In this document: positions 25,763-34,545 of the stretch, in pieces
Layout: every line of letters starts with the position of its first letter
Numbering within the stretch: position 1 is the first letter of the stretch
Assembly (NCBI GenBank): GCA_965371155.1
Contig: CBDUXL010000002.1
Coordinates: forward strand, 1 to 42,129
Length of the DNA: 42,129 nucleotides
DNA from: an uncultured bacterium
Lineage (GTDB): Bacteria > JAJVIF01 > JAPKYR01
Direction: 5' to 3'
The notes under the pieces: generated by a model
The model's input: the letters and a program-made list of their open reading frames with translations, nothing else
Databases searched by the model: none
What the model was told of the DNA's origin: nothing
Translations under genes and position numbers: made by a program

Positions 25763-26350
25763 CTAATCAGGGAACTTGACCTCCACATGAATCTGGAAAC
25801 TGGCGGCAGGACTGCCTCCCACGTTTATCCTCTGGTAGCCTGCCATGCGTATGTTGCGGAATCGCGTTGGTTCCTCAGGCGAGCCTTTCAGTCGATCGTA
25901 GGTTCTCAAGGGTCCATTGAAACCGTAGCCCCTTGACAGGCAGTCGACCACCACATCCGGCCACTTGCTGCCGCGTGAGCGACGAAAGGTCAAGTTTACA
26001 AGCCATGTGTCTTCAGGCAGGAGTCTCTCTATTTCATTGTAAATCTCCCAGTAGTCCGGAGCCTGAAGCACCATTCGAGGGATGACGGCAATATAGCTCC
26101 GAATAAAACGCGCGTTCGCCTGGACCTCAATAAACTCCTCAACCTGTTCCATACGCTCATGATTTGCCGCGGTTTTGGCTTCCAGCTCGTCCTTCAGGTC
26201 TTTGGCTTGCCTGGTTTCAGCCTGGAACTGCAGCCAGACAAAAAGCAGGGTTGCGATTAACAAGGCCGCGGCAAAAACCGGGAAGGCCTTGAACTCAGGC
26301 TCAGGCAAATACTCCTCAGGAAGGAGGTTGATTAATCGATCTCTATCCAA
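25763..26350 (-). CDS. pilN: PilN-like protein
   Basis: The conserved INLLP motif is at the N-terminus (MDRDRLINLLPEEY), followed by one TM segment FPVFAAALLIATLLFVWLQF. TTG start, with an 8-nt overlap with pilM. Confidence 0.8.
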   Translation of the reverse strand: MDRDRLINLLPEEYLPEPEFKAFPVFAAALLIATLLFVWLQFQAETRQAKDLKDELEAKTAANHERMEQVEEFIEVQANARFIRSYIAVIPRMVLQAPDYWEIYNEIERLLPEDTWLVNLTFRRSRGSKWPDVVVDCLSRGYGFNGPLRTYDRLKGSPEEPTRFRNIRMAGYQRINVGGSPAASFQIHVEVKFPD

Positions 26351-27560
26351 CCTGATGAATCCCCCTCAAAGCCAGGCCCACGGCACAACTGAAGTCCGGG
26401 GCGAAATCGCGTACCAGGTCTTCTCGAATGCCGCTCTCAGCCACACTGAGACCCGAGAGCGGGTCGCCGGAAATAACAGGTATTCCCAGCTTTTCCGACA
26501 TCGATCTAATAAACTGCTCCCCGTAAGGGAAGTAGCCATCAAGGACCCCGAACGCGATCTCAGACCGCTCCTTGCCGAAGGACTGGCCGTAGCGGATGGT
26601 GTTCAGGGTCTCATCGACAAGCTCAGTCATCAAGGGATTCAGCCTGGCAAGTTCATCACGATCCCCGATCCCCTCACGCGCCAGAGCCTCATCCCGCGCG
26701 GACATCTCGGCCGAAAACGGGTCCTCACCAAACGACCCAAACTCCAGATCCTCTTCACCGCGCCGCCCGATGCCGAGGTCTTCCTCCTCGGATCCTACAC
26801 GGGCAGCATGTTCCGCCATTCCGTCCGCGCCCAGGCCCGCGTCGAACAGGTGCTTCTCGCCGAGCGCGTCCACAAATCCAACGCTTCCAATCGGAATCGA
26901 GCGGAGTATCCTGACCTGCCCATCAAATACCACCGTCAGGTCGGTGCACCTATCGTTGATGGTTATGAGAATGTACTCTCCACCGCGCTCCTGAATCTTG
27001 GGGGACCGCCTCTCGGCGCGATGCGCCGCAACAGGTGTGAGATCCAGAGCTGCTGGACGCAGCCCCGCCTCCAGCATTGCCTCAACCAGAAGACCCAACG
27101 GCTGTTTCTGGGCCGAGAGGATGAGAACCTCGACTTTTTCCGTGTTGTCATCTTCGCTGACGTATGTGCGGAGGATCGCGTAGTCCAGCACATTGTCGCC
27201 GGTTCCCGACGGGAGGCTGGCCTCGGTCTCGAACAGGATTGCTTTCCTGAGCTCGCGGATAGGCATGTTAGGGAGGTTGATAGTGCGGGCGATGGTTTCG
27301 GATCCATCCACGGCGGCCAGCGCGATTTTGGTTCTGATGCGGTTGGCCTGGATCATACGAGCAAGTGCGGAGGCCAGAGCTCCCGGGTTCTCCAGCCGGT
27401 TGCCGATATAGGCCTCCGGCGGTGTTTCCTCCCATAGTATCTGGGTAACCAGGGGCTCTCGCGCGGTTCGCTCTATCTCGACAATCTTCACCTGCGCAGG
27501 CCCCACATGGATACCCAGCGCACGCCTGGGGGCAACATTTATAAACGGTAACGGTGTCAC
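26343..27560 (-). CDS. pilM: PilM-like actin-fold protein
   Basis: About 400 aa with an N-terminal phosphate-1-like LGIHVGPAQVKIVEIE. It lies directly upstream of, and overlaps, the INLLP-motif pilN. GTG start per the ORF track. Confidence 0.75.
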   Translation of the reverse strand: MTPLPFINVAPRRALGIHVGPAQVKIVEIERTAREPLVTQILWEETPPEAYIGNRLENPGALASALARMIQANRIRTKIALAAVDGSETIARTINLPNMPIRELRKAILFETEASLPSGTGDNVLDYAILRTYVSEDDNTEKVEVLILSAQKQPLGLLVEAMLEAGLRPAALDLTPVAAHRAERRSPKIQERGGEYILITINDRCTDLTVVFDGQVRILRSIPIGSVGFVDALGEKHLFDAGLGADGMAEHAARVGSEEEDLGIGRRGEEDLEFGSFGEDPFSAEMSARDEALAREGIGDRDELARLNPLMTELVDETLNTIRYGQSFGKERSEIAFGVLDGYFPYGEQFIRSMSEKLGIPVISGDPLSGLSVAESGIREDLVRDFAPDFSCAVGLALRGIHQVG

Positions 27561-27847
27561 CTGTGTGTCTCCGTCATGCCTCTCGATTGTTCTTGCGGGC
27601 AGCTTACATCGCCCGCATAAGAAAATAAAACGTTTACCCTAGCTCCAGGGAAAACGCCCTAATCTATGCCAGTCACCCTCTTTCGGATGGCTCACAATAC
27701 TATAACAGGCAAGCAGTGTCAAGCAGGATACCGGCCGGGGAATCCCCGTACGACCCCCCAAATCGTAAGCACCGGTATGCTGTTTTCGCCAGCTGACTCC
27801 TCGCAACTTCCTCACGCTCCCCATTCTGAACAAATAACCTGGAATAT

Positions 27848-28468
27848 CTAGTCTTCCGCCCCGCCTCTACGGGATACGAAGAGGTTAAAAAGCCTGAAAT
27901 CCGTTCCCTCAGGGCCCCTTCTCGGTCGGACCGCGACCCAGCCGGAATCCGGATTGGTCCCTATAGCCAGCAAATCACGCTGGAAGTTGTACGGGTGGAA
28001 AATAATAAAATATGTACTCGCCCGAGAAGTGGTCGGGTCGTACGGATTGAACTCGACAATTTCAACTGCATAATCCTGTGTTATACCGAACAGGTAGCCG
28101 GTGGACTCATCGTATTCATCTTGACTGCCGTCTTCAATTGCCCTGAAGTAACCCGGCAGATAGTCCTCCGTCACCATGAAATCCACCAGTTCCTTTGGGG
28201 ACTGAAATTCCTCATCCAACCCCCACTGCGGGTACTCAAGATAATGGTAATAATACATTTCATACCCGGTAGCGAACGAATCCAGCGCACCAAGAGCATT
28301 GGTCTCCACTACCTGAGTCCGCATACGACCGATCAGGGCGAAGGAAATGGCGGCCAGGATGGAGATAATACCGCAAACGACAAGAAGCTCGGCGAGAGTG
28401 TATCCTCTCTTGCTGTTTGGCGGTAAAGGGAAAACCCAATGGTCTCTATATCGACTCAATATCTCCAA
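27848..28468 (-). CDS. Type IV pilin-like protein, tandem paralog 1 of 12 (window order)
   Basis: ...NSKRG|YTLAELLVVCGIISILAAISFALI, a prepilin cleavage/methylation motif with Glu5. There is no ATG after the upstream stop. In-frame TTG codons lie at 28468 and 28459, so the start is uncertain. Confidence 0.7.
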   Translation of the reverse strand: MEILSRYRDHWVFPLPPNSKRGYTLAELLVVCGIISILAAISFALIGRMRTQVVETNALGALDSFATGYEMYYYHYLEYPQWGLDEEFQSPKELVDFMVTEDYLPGYFRAIEDGSQDEYDESTGYLFGITQDYAVEIVEFNPYDPTTSRASTYFIIFHPYNFQRDLLAIGTNPDSGWVAVRPRRGPEGTDFRLFNLFVSRRGGAED

Positions 28469-28490
28469 ACCTTGATTCTTTCCAACCCGG

Positions 28491-29075
28491 CTAGTCAGGC
28501 AATATGTAGATGCTGATGCTGTATCGCCCGGTCCGTCCGATCTTCCTGGGCAGCGGACCCGGGTAGTTGCTGAACATCCTGGGTCCCTGAATGACCACCA
28601 GTCCCCGCTTCGCAATTGACCCCTCGTAGGGAATCATCGCAATGGCATAGGTGTTCCTGTAGCCCATACCGGGAACAACGCCGTAATCGGCGGGATAGAT
28701 GCTCATCCGATAGCCCCTGGCGAAGAGATCCCGTCTGTCATGAAGTTCCCTGGAGTACCTGTGGGGCACGAGGCTGTAAAGCCTCAGTTGATCCCAGAGA
28801 GGCTCCGGGGCAGAGAATTCCACGTCTTCGGTAATCGTCCCATCCGATAGGTAGTTGGGATACCTATGGCCGTACTGCGCGTAGTAGTTCTCGTAGGCCA
28901 TGCTCATCATGTTGAGCGCCCTGATTGCCTCGACCTCATACACCTTCTCACGACTTCGTCTGAGAAGGGCGATAGGCATAGTGGCGATGATGAGCAGAAG
29001 CCCGGTCACTATGAGCATCTCCACGAGCGAATAACCCGCTGAGGGCCGTATGTCGTTATCCGAACGATGCAACAT
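28491..29075 (-). CDS. Type IV pilin-like protein, tandem paralog 2 of 12
   Basis: MLHRSDNDIRPSAG|YSLVEMLIVTGLLLIIATMPIALL. Confidence 0.8.
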   Translation of the reverse strand: MLHRSDNDIRPSAGYSLVEMLIVTGLLLIIATMPIALLRRSREKVYEVEAIRALNMMSMAYENYYAQYGHRYPNYLSDGTITEDVEFSAPEPLWDQLRLYSLVPHRYSRELHDRRDLFARGYRMSIYPADYGVVPGMGYRNTYAIAMIPYEGSIAKRGLVVIQGPRMFSNYPGPLPRKIGRTGRYSISIYILPD

Positions 29076-29096
29076 CTTCCGACACCATATCCCGCA

Positions 29097-29543
29097 TCAC
29101 CTGACAGGTTCCCAATTGTCATACATCGGTATGCCGTCGTCCGAGATTATGAACGTACTCAGACGGAGAGTATGATCAGTTGGATATGCGTAAACGGTGT
29201 AGCGCTGGGCCTGATAGGCGGTAGCCATGGCGATAGAGTAGTTCTCGATAAAGAAGTGCTTGTGTCCCTCAGCTCCCCAGCCGGAGTATGCCCGGGGCAG
29301 GTAGTCATCCAGTTCCGACCAGTTATCGGTATAGGCGAAGTTATCACGGTAGTACATCTCCTCAGCATCGGTGAGGCTTCTGAGGGCTTTGACACAGGCC
29401 GCTTGCAGCGCGCTTTTCCGGGAACCGGCCAGGGATGGAATCGCGATGGCAGCCAGGATACCGATAATGCTGGCAACCACGAGGACCTCGACAAGCGTAA
29501 AACCCAGCGAATCGCGTTCCTCATTTTTCAGGCATCTCAACAT
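29097..29543 (-). CDS. Type IV pilin-like protein, tandem paralog 3 of 12
   Basis: MLRCLKNEERDSLG|FTLVEVLVVASIIGILAAIAIPSL. GGAGG lies 6 nt upstream of ATG 29543. The ORF-track start is 29624. Confidence 0.8.
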   Translation of the reverse strand: MLRCLKNEERDSLGFTLVEVLVVASIIGILAAIAIPSLAGSRKSALQAACVKALRSLTDAEEMYYRDNFAYTDNWSELDDYLPRAYSGWGAEGHKHFFIENYSIAMATAYQAQRYTVYAYPTDHTLRLSTFIISDDGIPMYDNWEPVR

Positions 29544-29631
29544 TTCTTGCCTCCGCACCCGGTACTCAGCCGGGCGCCGCTGCGTCCCTTGGTTGGACGC
29601 TTGCTTTCCTTTTTCCCCGCCCACCCGCTAT

Positions 29632-30132
29632 TTAATCCTTGAACAAGGTCGAGAAAAATTTGCCATGATTGTGCGAATCCAGAATGCTCCCGTCGCATGT
29701 CACTGCGTACGTCCTCAAGTGCCAGATGGACCTTTCAGCCGGGAAAGCCACCGCGGTAAAAGATTGGCGATGCTCGGGCACCAGGAAAAAAATAGTGTAG
29801 AGATTGGCGATCGGAGTATCTCTCGGATTGGACAGGTCATCGTCTTTGTCATAACCCGGGTCCACCAGATCCTCTTCGCGCTTCATCTCCTCCCAGTACC
29901 CGTACTCGCCGTGGCGCTGATAGTAAAGGACCTCATTCTCGCCGATGTTCTTCATGGCGGCGATCGCGCGCGTCTCGAATGCGATGCGCTTCGCACCCCG
30001 GGTGCTCACCACAGCCATCGATGCGAGGATAACAATAATGATGGCAACCATCAATACCTCGATCAGCGTGAAACCCTTCTGTTGAGCGCCCTCATCGAGT
30101 CCAGGCTCTCTCATGTCCTCAGGATCTGACAT
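29632..30132 (-). CDS. Type IV pilin-like protein, tandem paralog 4 of 12
   Basis: MSDPEDMREPGLDEGAQQKG|FTLIEVLMVAIIIVILASMAVVS. There is a purine-rich GGGAAGGAAAG upstream of ATG 30132. Alternative ATG at 30162. Confidence 0.8.
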   Translation of the reverse strand: MSDPEDMREPGLDEGAQQKGFTLIEVLMVAIIIVILASMAVVSTRGAKRIAFETRAIAAMKNIGENEVLYYQRHGEYGYWEEMKREEDLVDPGYDKDDDLSNPRDTPIANLYTIFFLVPEHRQSFTAVAFPAERSIWHLRTYAVTCDGSILDSHNHGKFFSTLFKD

Positions 30133-30163
30133 CACTTTTCTTTCCTTCCCGCCGTGTGCCATC

Positions 30164-30649
30164 TCAGTATGGTGACCAGTTTGCCAAGGTGTGCACTATT
30201 TGCACGCCTCCGGAATCCGTAATCACGAAGGTCTTCAGCTCCGGGATTCGCGGGACGGCGAAGACCGTATAGCTGTGAACGGAGAAATTGGTGATGGGCG
30301 GGCGGGGACCGCCACCACCGCCGCGGATCCAGTGAAGCGAGTAGTTCTTGACAAACACGTACTGGTCCGCGTCTTGCTCGTAGGCGCGCGGCAGGTAGGT
30401 CCTCGCCAGAGCGCTGAACCCGAGGGCATAGCGCCCATTGTCGATGTAGAAAATCTCCTGGGCGCTCGCAATTGCCTTAAGGCCCGTTGCAGCGCCGGTT
30501 TCGAGTGTTTTGTAGCGCGCCTGGGACATGCTCGCGATTGCCAAAGTGGAAAGGATCGCTATCAGAGTAGCCACCAGGACCATCTCGATCAGGGTGAATC
30601 CTGATTCGTCCTTGTCAGCGCGCTCGGGTTTATCTGGATTCCGGTTCAT
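30164..30649 (-). CDS. Type IV pilin-like protein, tandem paralog 5 of 12
   Basis: MNRNPDKPERADKDESG|FTLIEMVLVATLIAILSTLAIASM. Alternative start at 30673. Confidence 0.8.
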   Translation of the reverse strand: MNRNPDKPERADKDESGFTLIEMVLVATLIAILSTLAIASMSQARYKTLETGAATGLKAIASAQEIFYIDNGRYALGFSALARTYLPRAYEQDADQYVFVKNYSLHWIRGGGGGPRPPITNFSVHSYTVFAVPRIPELKTFVITDSGGVQIVHTLANWSPY

Positions 30650-30709
30650 GGTTGTCTTACCTTTTCCCGCCACGACATTTACAGCCGGTCTAATGGTCGG
30701 GAACCAGGC

Positions 30710-31222
30710 CTAAATCGGCCTCCACTGCGTTATCCCTTGTGAATATCTCCGACCCTCGACAACTCCCCTGTCGGTAATTCTGAGTTCCAGCCAGTCGCTG
30801 ATTTCGTACCGATGGCGATAGATGCCCTTCGCCCTGATCGAGTAGCGCTGCGGGGTAATCGGGTTCACATACCAGAAGCACGTGAAGCCCTGGACAAACG
30901 CAATTGAGCGCTCCTTGATGGGCGAATCGGAGAGAACGAAGTCGGGATCGATGTAGCTCGGTTGAAGGCCGCCAAAGTCGAGCGCGTAATAGCCGTTGTC
31001 GTTGTAGAACGCTTCCAGGGCGGACGCCAGTTGTTTCATCTGATGCATGCCCTGGGTTTCCAGCGCCCGTTGCCGCGCCTTACGGAATGAGGCAAACCCG
31101 AAGGTGGCGATGACGGCGATAATCAGCGCCACGGTCAGCACCTCGACCAGCGTGAAACCGGTTTCATGCTTCTCTTCGACCTTCAATTTCTCTATCTCAG
31201 CTATTTCAGCCATAATGGCCAT
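30710..31222 (-). CDS. Type IV pilin-like protein, tandem paralog 6 of 12
   Basis: MAIMAEIAEIEKLKVEEKHETG|FTLVEVLTVALIIAVIATFGFASF. The ORF-track start at 31315 overlaps the upstream gene, so ATG at 31222 or 31213 is more likely. Confidence 0.75.
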   Translation of the reverse strand: MAIMAEIAEIEKLKVEEKHETGFTLVEVLTVALIIAVIATFGFASFRKARQRALETQGMHQMKQLASALEAFYNDNGYYALDFGGLQPSYIDPDFVLSDSPIKERSIAFVQGFTCFWYVNPITPQRYSIRAKGIYRHRYEISDWLELRITDRGVVEGRRYSQGITQWRPI

Positions 31223-31259
31223 CCCGGGCCCGCCCTGACATTCAGTATGATATAGAGCA

Positions 31260-31754
31260 TCAACGAGGCACCCAATTGATGCCATCGCGTGTCTGCTCGA
31301 CTGTTCCGTCCTCAAATATCCTGAACGTGTGCAGGTTCAATGAGTTGCCTGCGTCCGGGAATGCGACGTAGGCAAACCCGTAAGTGAAATCCTTGAAAGT
31401 ATCTCTCACGAAAAAGTGGATGGAGTAATGTTTCGCCATGCGCTCGCGATCGGTGATACCGTGCTTTCGCCAGTGAGAGTTGACGAACTCTCGCTGGCGG
31501 AGACCCTCAAAGGAGGTGAAGTGCCTGAATACGCTTCTGTACCCGATCTCAGCCGAGCCGAGCGCGTTCAAAGCCTTAATTGCCCCAAGCTCGTAAGCGG
31601 ATCGTTTCACCCCGCTCAATTGAGGAAGCGCCATGGCCACGATCACCGTGATAATCGAAACCACCAGGAGGATTTCAAGCAGCGTGAATCCGCGACCTTC
31701 CTCTTTTTCATCCGACCTTTCGACCGGGATCTCATTCAGCATATTTCCGCGCAT
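31260..31754 (-). CDS. Type IV pilin-like protein, tandem paralog 7 of 12
   Basis: MRGNMLNEIPVERSDEKEEGRG|FTLLEILLVVSIITVIVAMALPQL. Confidence 0.8.
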   Translation of the reverse strand: MRGNMLNEIPVERSDEKEEGRGFTLLEILLVVSIITVIVAMALPQLSGVKRSAYELGAIKALNALGSAEIGYRSVFRHFTSFEGLRQREFVNSHWRKHGITDRERMAKHYSIHFFVRDTFKDFTYGFAYVAFPDAGNSLNLHTFRIFEDGTVEQTRDGINWVPR

Positions 31755-31811
31755 GGTTTTTCTCCGTCTGTCGACAAACCAGCTATCAAACGCAACTGCC
31801 GATTGCCCGCC

Positions 31812-32348
31812 CTAGTATGGCGTCAGGCGATCGTCCTTCGTGATAACACCGCCCGGATCGAGGTAAAAGGTGCTCAAACCCAGATGTTGCTGGATCGGGA
31901 CCGCCATGAGCACAAAGTTCTTGCTCCCCCATCTATCGGGTGCGGATGAGCTCCATCCGCCGAAACCACCGCCGGGTTCTTCATCGGACGCATCCGGGGC
32001 GTAGCCCCAGGCGAACAGGCGATATCCCTTGATGAACTGATTCTCGGCATGCCGGATGTAATAAGTATCCGGAAGGAACCGATCTATCTCCCGAAAGAAC
32101 AGCCTGCTTGGCTCGGTAGTGTGCACGGGATAGAATCCCATCTCTCGATAGTACAGCTCGAACGCCTCTTGAATAACCTTCAAACCCTTGACCGCGCCCG
32201 CTTCCTTCACAACCTTCTCGACCTTCCGTGTCGCCGGGATTGCGAGGACGGTAATAAGCGCTATGATGCCGATTACAACGAGCACCTCCAGCAACGTAAA
32301 GCCTCGTTGGCGTCCCGGACTTGAGTTTCTTACAGTATTCATTTTCAT
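31812..32348 (-). CDS. Type IV pilin-like protein, tandem paralog 8 of 12
   Basis: MKMNTVRNSSPGRQRG|FTLLEVLVVIGIIALITVLAIPAT. Confidence 0.8.
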   Translation of the reverse strand: MKMNTVRNSSPGRQRGFTLLEVLVVIGIIALITVLAIPATRKVEKVVKEAGAVKGLKVIQEAFELYYREMGFYPVHTTEPSRLFFREIDRFLPDTYYIRHAENQFIKGYRLFAWGYAPDASDEEPGGGFGGWSSSAPDRWGSKNFVLMAVPIQQHLGLSTFYLDPGGVITKDDRLTPY

Positions 32349-32376
32349 GTCCCAGCCGTAAGAATTGTCCTGTCAC

Positions 32377-32868
32377 TCAGTAAATCGCAATCGGCCACAG
32401 CGTATTTGTGTCACGTACGACGCCGTCATTGATGATAAGAAACGTCTTGAGATCGAGACCGCGTTCGATCGGCCAGGCAACGATAGAGTAATTCTGCGGG
32501 TACTCGCCAATATTAATCAATTGTATCGAGTAGCCCTTGATGAAGTAACCGCGCCGTCCCGAAAGTCTGTTATACGCCTTCGCATCAATTGCATCACACC
32601 GCCTCAAGTCGTGCCACTGGTCATGACCGGCGGTGTAGCACTGGTAAACCTGGTAGTACAGCTCCTCCGCCTCAGCCAGTTGTTTGAGACCGTGAACCGC
32701 CCCGGTCTCAAGCGCATTCCGCCTGGCATGCTGGAGGTTGGGAATAGCCATGACGGCCAGAATGCCTATCAGGCCGACAGCGAGCATGATCTCAAGCATC
32801 GTATAACCACGAGCATCCTGATGGTCCTCGGATTCAAGTGGCGTCTTTATTTCCTGCGAATCAGCCAT
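32377..32868 (-). CDS. Type IV pilin-like protein, tandem paralog 9 of 12
   Basis: MADSQEIKTPLESEDHQDARG|YTMLEIMLAVGLIGILAVMAIPNL. Confidence 0.8.
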   Translation of the reverse strand: MADSQEIKTPLESEDHQDARGYTMLEIMLAVGLIGILAVMAIPNLQHARRNALETGAVHGLKQLAEAEELYYQVYQCYTAGHDQWHDLRRCDAIDAKAYNRLSGRRGYFIKGYSIQLINIGEYPQNYSIVAWPIERGLDLKTFLIINDGVVRDTNTLWPIAIY

Positions 32869-32911
32869 GTCGTTCTCGCCGGTCGTTCGGTATCGCCGGC
32901 ACCCGGAGTCG

Positions 32912-33427
32912 TCAGTAGATCGTAACCGGCAGCCCGTTGACTTCCGCGCCCTCCCTGACAGGCGGCATCGCGACCAGCCTGTCGTTGTAGGTGCTTCCCG
33001 TTATGAACTTGTTGATGTTAAAAGTCCGCAGGCCCATTCTATTATAGCCGACGGGGGTCGCGATTACCTGATAGTATAACGAATTCGGAGTGTTTGGAGT
33101 GACAAAAGCCAGCGAGTACCGATCGATGAATGGCAGGACGCTCGCGGAGGTCACAGGGCTGCGGAACTCCCACTTCGTGGAGTAGCCTTTCGGAAGCAAG
33201 TTGGCGTCCACCAATTCCATGAAATCACCAAATCTCTCGTAGTCCGAGTAGAACCGGCTTTCAGCAAGGGCGATACGGTTCAGCCTCTGGATCGCGTTGT
33301 CCTCGAGCGCTGCCCGCCTCGCATGCATGTAAGACGGCAGGGCGAAGCTGGCAATAATGAGAATGATAATGCACACCGAGAGAATCTCGATAATGGTCCA
33401 GCCGTCATTTCTCCCAAGAATACCCAT
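32912..33427 (-). CDS. Type IV pilin-like protein, tandem paralog 10 of 12 (Trp at predicted +1)
   Basis: MGILGRNDG|WTIIEILSVCIIILIIASFALPSY. Confidence 0.75.
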   Translation of the reverse strand: MGILGRNDGWTIIEILSVCIIILIIASFALPSYMHARRAALEDNAIQRLNRIALAESRFYSDYERFGDFMELVDANLLPKGYSTKWEFRSPVTSASVLPFIDRYSLAFVTPNTPNSLYYQVIATPVGYNRMGLRTFNINKFITGSTYNDRLVAMPPVREGAEVNGLPVTIY

Positions 33428-33457
33428 TGACTGTCTATCAGCCTGATATCTCCATTG

Positions 33458-33955
33458 CTAGAATACCGGCCTCCCGGTATCGAGCCATTTCACAACACCG
33501 TCCTCTTCGACCTTCATGCTCCTGAGGCCGGCAATCCCGCCCATAGGGGTCCATCGCGGATACCATAAGTAAGGCTCGTCCACCACCGGCTCCGCAATGA
33601 TCTCAAAACCTCCCCCCTCCTTGTCTTTGTTGAACTCCAATTTGTATTCCAGGATAAACGCCGCTCGTTGGTAATGAAGCCGGTCGTCGTCTTCCAGGAA
33701 ATCCCAATCGACATAGCCTTCTCTCTGAAGGTCGTCGAAGTTCGCATACTCCCCAAGTTCGCGGGAGTACAAGTCCTCCCAGATAGCAAGCTGTGCAAGC
33801 CTCTGGGCGCAGTAATGCTCCTTGGCACGACGCTTGACTTCGAGGTACTGCACGGTGCCGACGGTGACGAGAATCGCCACGATGGTGGCCACGATAAGCA
33901 CCTCCATCAGCGTGTATCCTCTTTCAGACTTGTATCTATTCACTGTGCCTGACAT
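33458..33955 (-). CDS. Type IV pilin-like protein, tandem paralog 11 of 12
   Basis: MSGTVNRYKSERG|YTLMEVLIVATIVAILVTVGTVQY. ATG 33955-33953 overlaps the upstream stop 33957-33955 (TAATG coupling). The ORF-track start is 34012. Confidence 0.8.
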   Translation of the reverse strand: MSGTVNRYKSERGYTLMEVLIVATIVAILVTVGTVQYLEVKRRAKEHYCAQRLAQLAIWEDLYSRELGEYANFDDLQREGYVDWDFLEDDDRLHYQRAAFILEYKLEFNKDKEGGGFEIIAEPVVDEPYLWYPRWTPMGGIAGLRSMKVEEDGVVKWLDTGRPVF

Positions 33956-34500
33956 TATCGCCCTCTCCACGGTCCTAAATCTCCTTCTTGACGCCTGTAC
34001 CACGTCTTCCAATAGACCTCCCCGTCCTCCTGCATATAGAAGGTTCTCAATTCGGGAGTGTGCCTGAGCGGAATCGCCATGATCAGATATTGGAAGGTGT
34101 CCGGCTCCGATTCATCGTCCTTGCTGTTTCGCATGAATTCCAGGCGGTAATATGGGATAAATGCGTTGACCGTATGCCGTCTCTCATCGGACTGCTCGTA
34201 AAAGTCCGGAACCAGGTTGGCATTCTTTAAATCGAAAAACGTGGCGTAGGTGCCCTCCGGATTCAGGGTCGGGTCGTTTGAGAAACGAAAAGTGTGCTCC
34301 AGTCTGGACAACTGTTTCAGTCGCTGCACGCAGGTTTCCTCGATCGCGAACCTCTTTTGGAACTTCATCATCGCCTGAGTAGCCATGACTAGAATGATCA
34401 TAAGTGCGGTGACGCCGAGGATCTCAATCAGCGTGTAACCGGTCTGGGGCCCGCGATCGCGACTTTCAGGAATTTCGTATGTTTCTCGCTCCGTATCCAT
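33955..34500 (-). CDS. Type IV pilin-like protein, tandem paralog 12 of 12
   Basis: MDTERETYEIPESRDRGPQTG|YTLIEILGVTALMIILVMATQAM. Confidence 0.8.
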   Translation of the reverse strand: MDTERETYEIPESRDRGPQTGYTLIEILGVTALMIILVMATQAMMKFQKRFAIEETCVQRLKQLSRLEHTFRFSNDPTLNPEGTYATFFDLKNANLVPDFYEQSDERRHTVNAFIPYYRLEFMRNSKDDESEPDTFQYLIMAIPLRHTPELRTFYMQEDGEVYWKTWYRRQEGDLGPWRGR

Positions 34501-34545
34501 TTTGCACGGCGCCCTCAGGCGCCGGACTATCGCACCGGGTCGTCC

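Noticed and set aside
26175-27437. 420-aa plus-strand ORF
   Set aside because: It is antisense to pilM and the end of pilN. No motifs, and the pilM/pilN assignments explain the region.
27778-27791. Second sigma-54-like motif upstream of pilM (minus strand TGGCGAAAACAGCA)
   Set aside because: The GG-to-GC spacing is 2 nt too short relative to the -24/-12 consensus and the TTGC element is missing.
29786-29792. Homopolymeric A7/T7 tract inside pilin paralog 4 as a possible phase-variation switch
   Set aside because: Seven nucleotides is short for slipped-strand switching, the tract simply encodes Ile-Phe-Phe, and no comparable tracts occur in the other paralogs.
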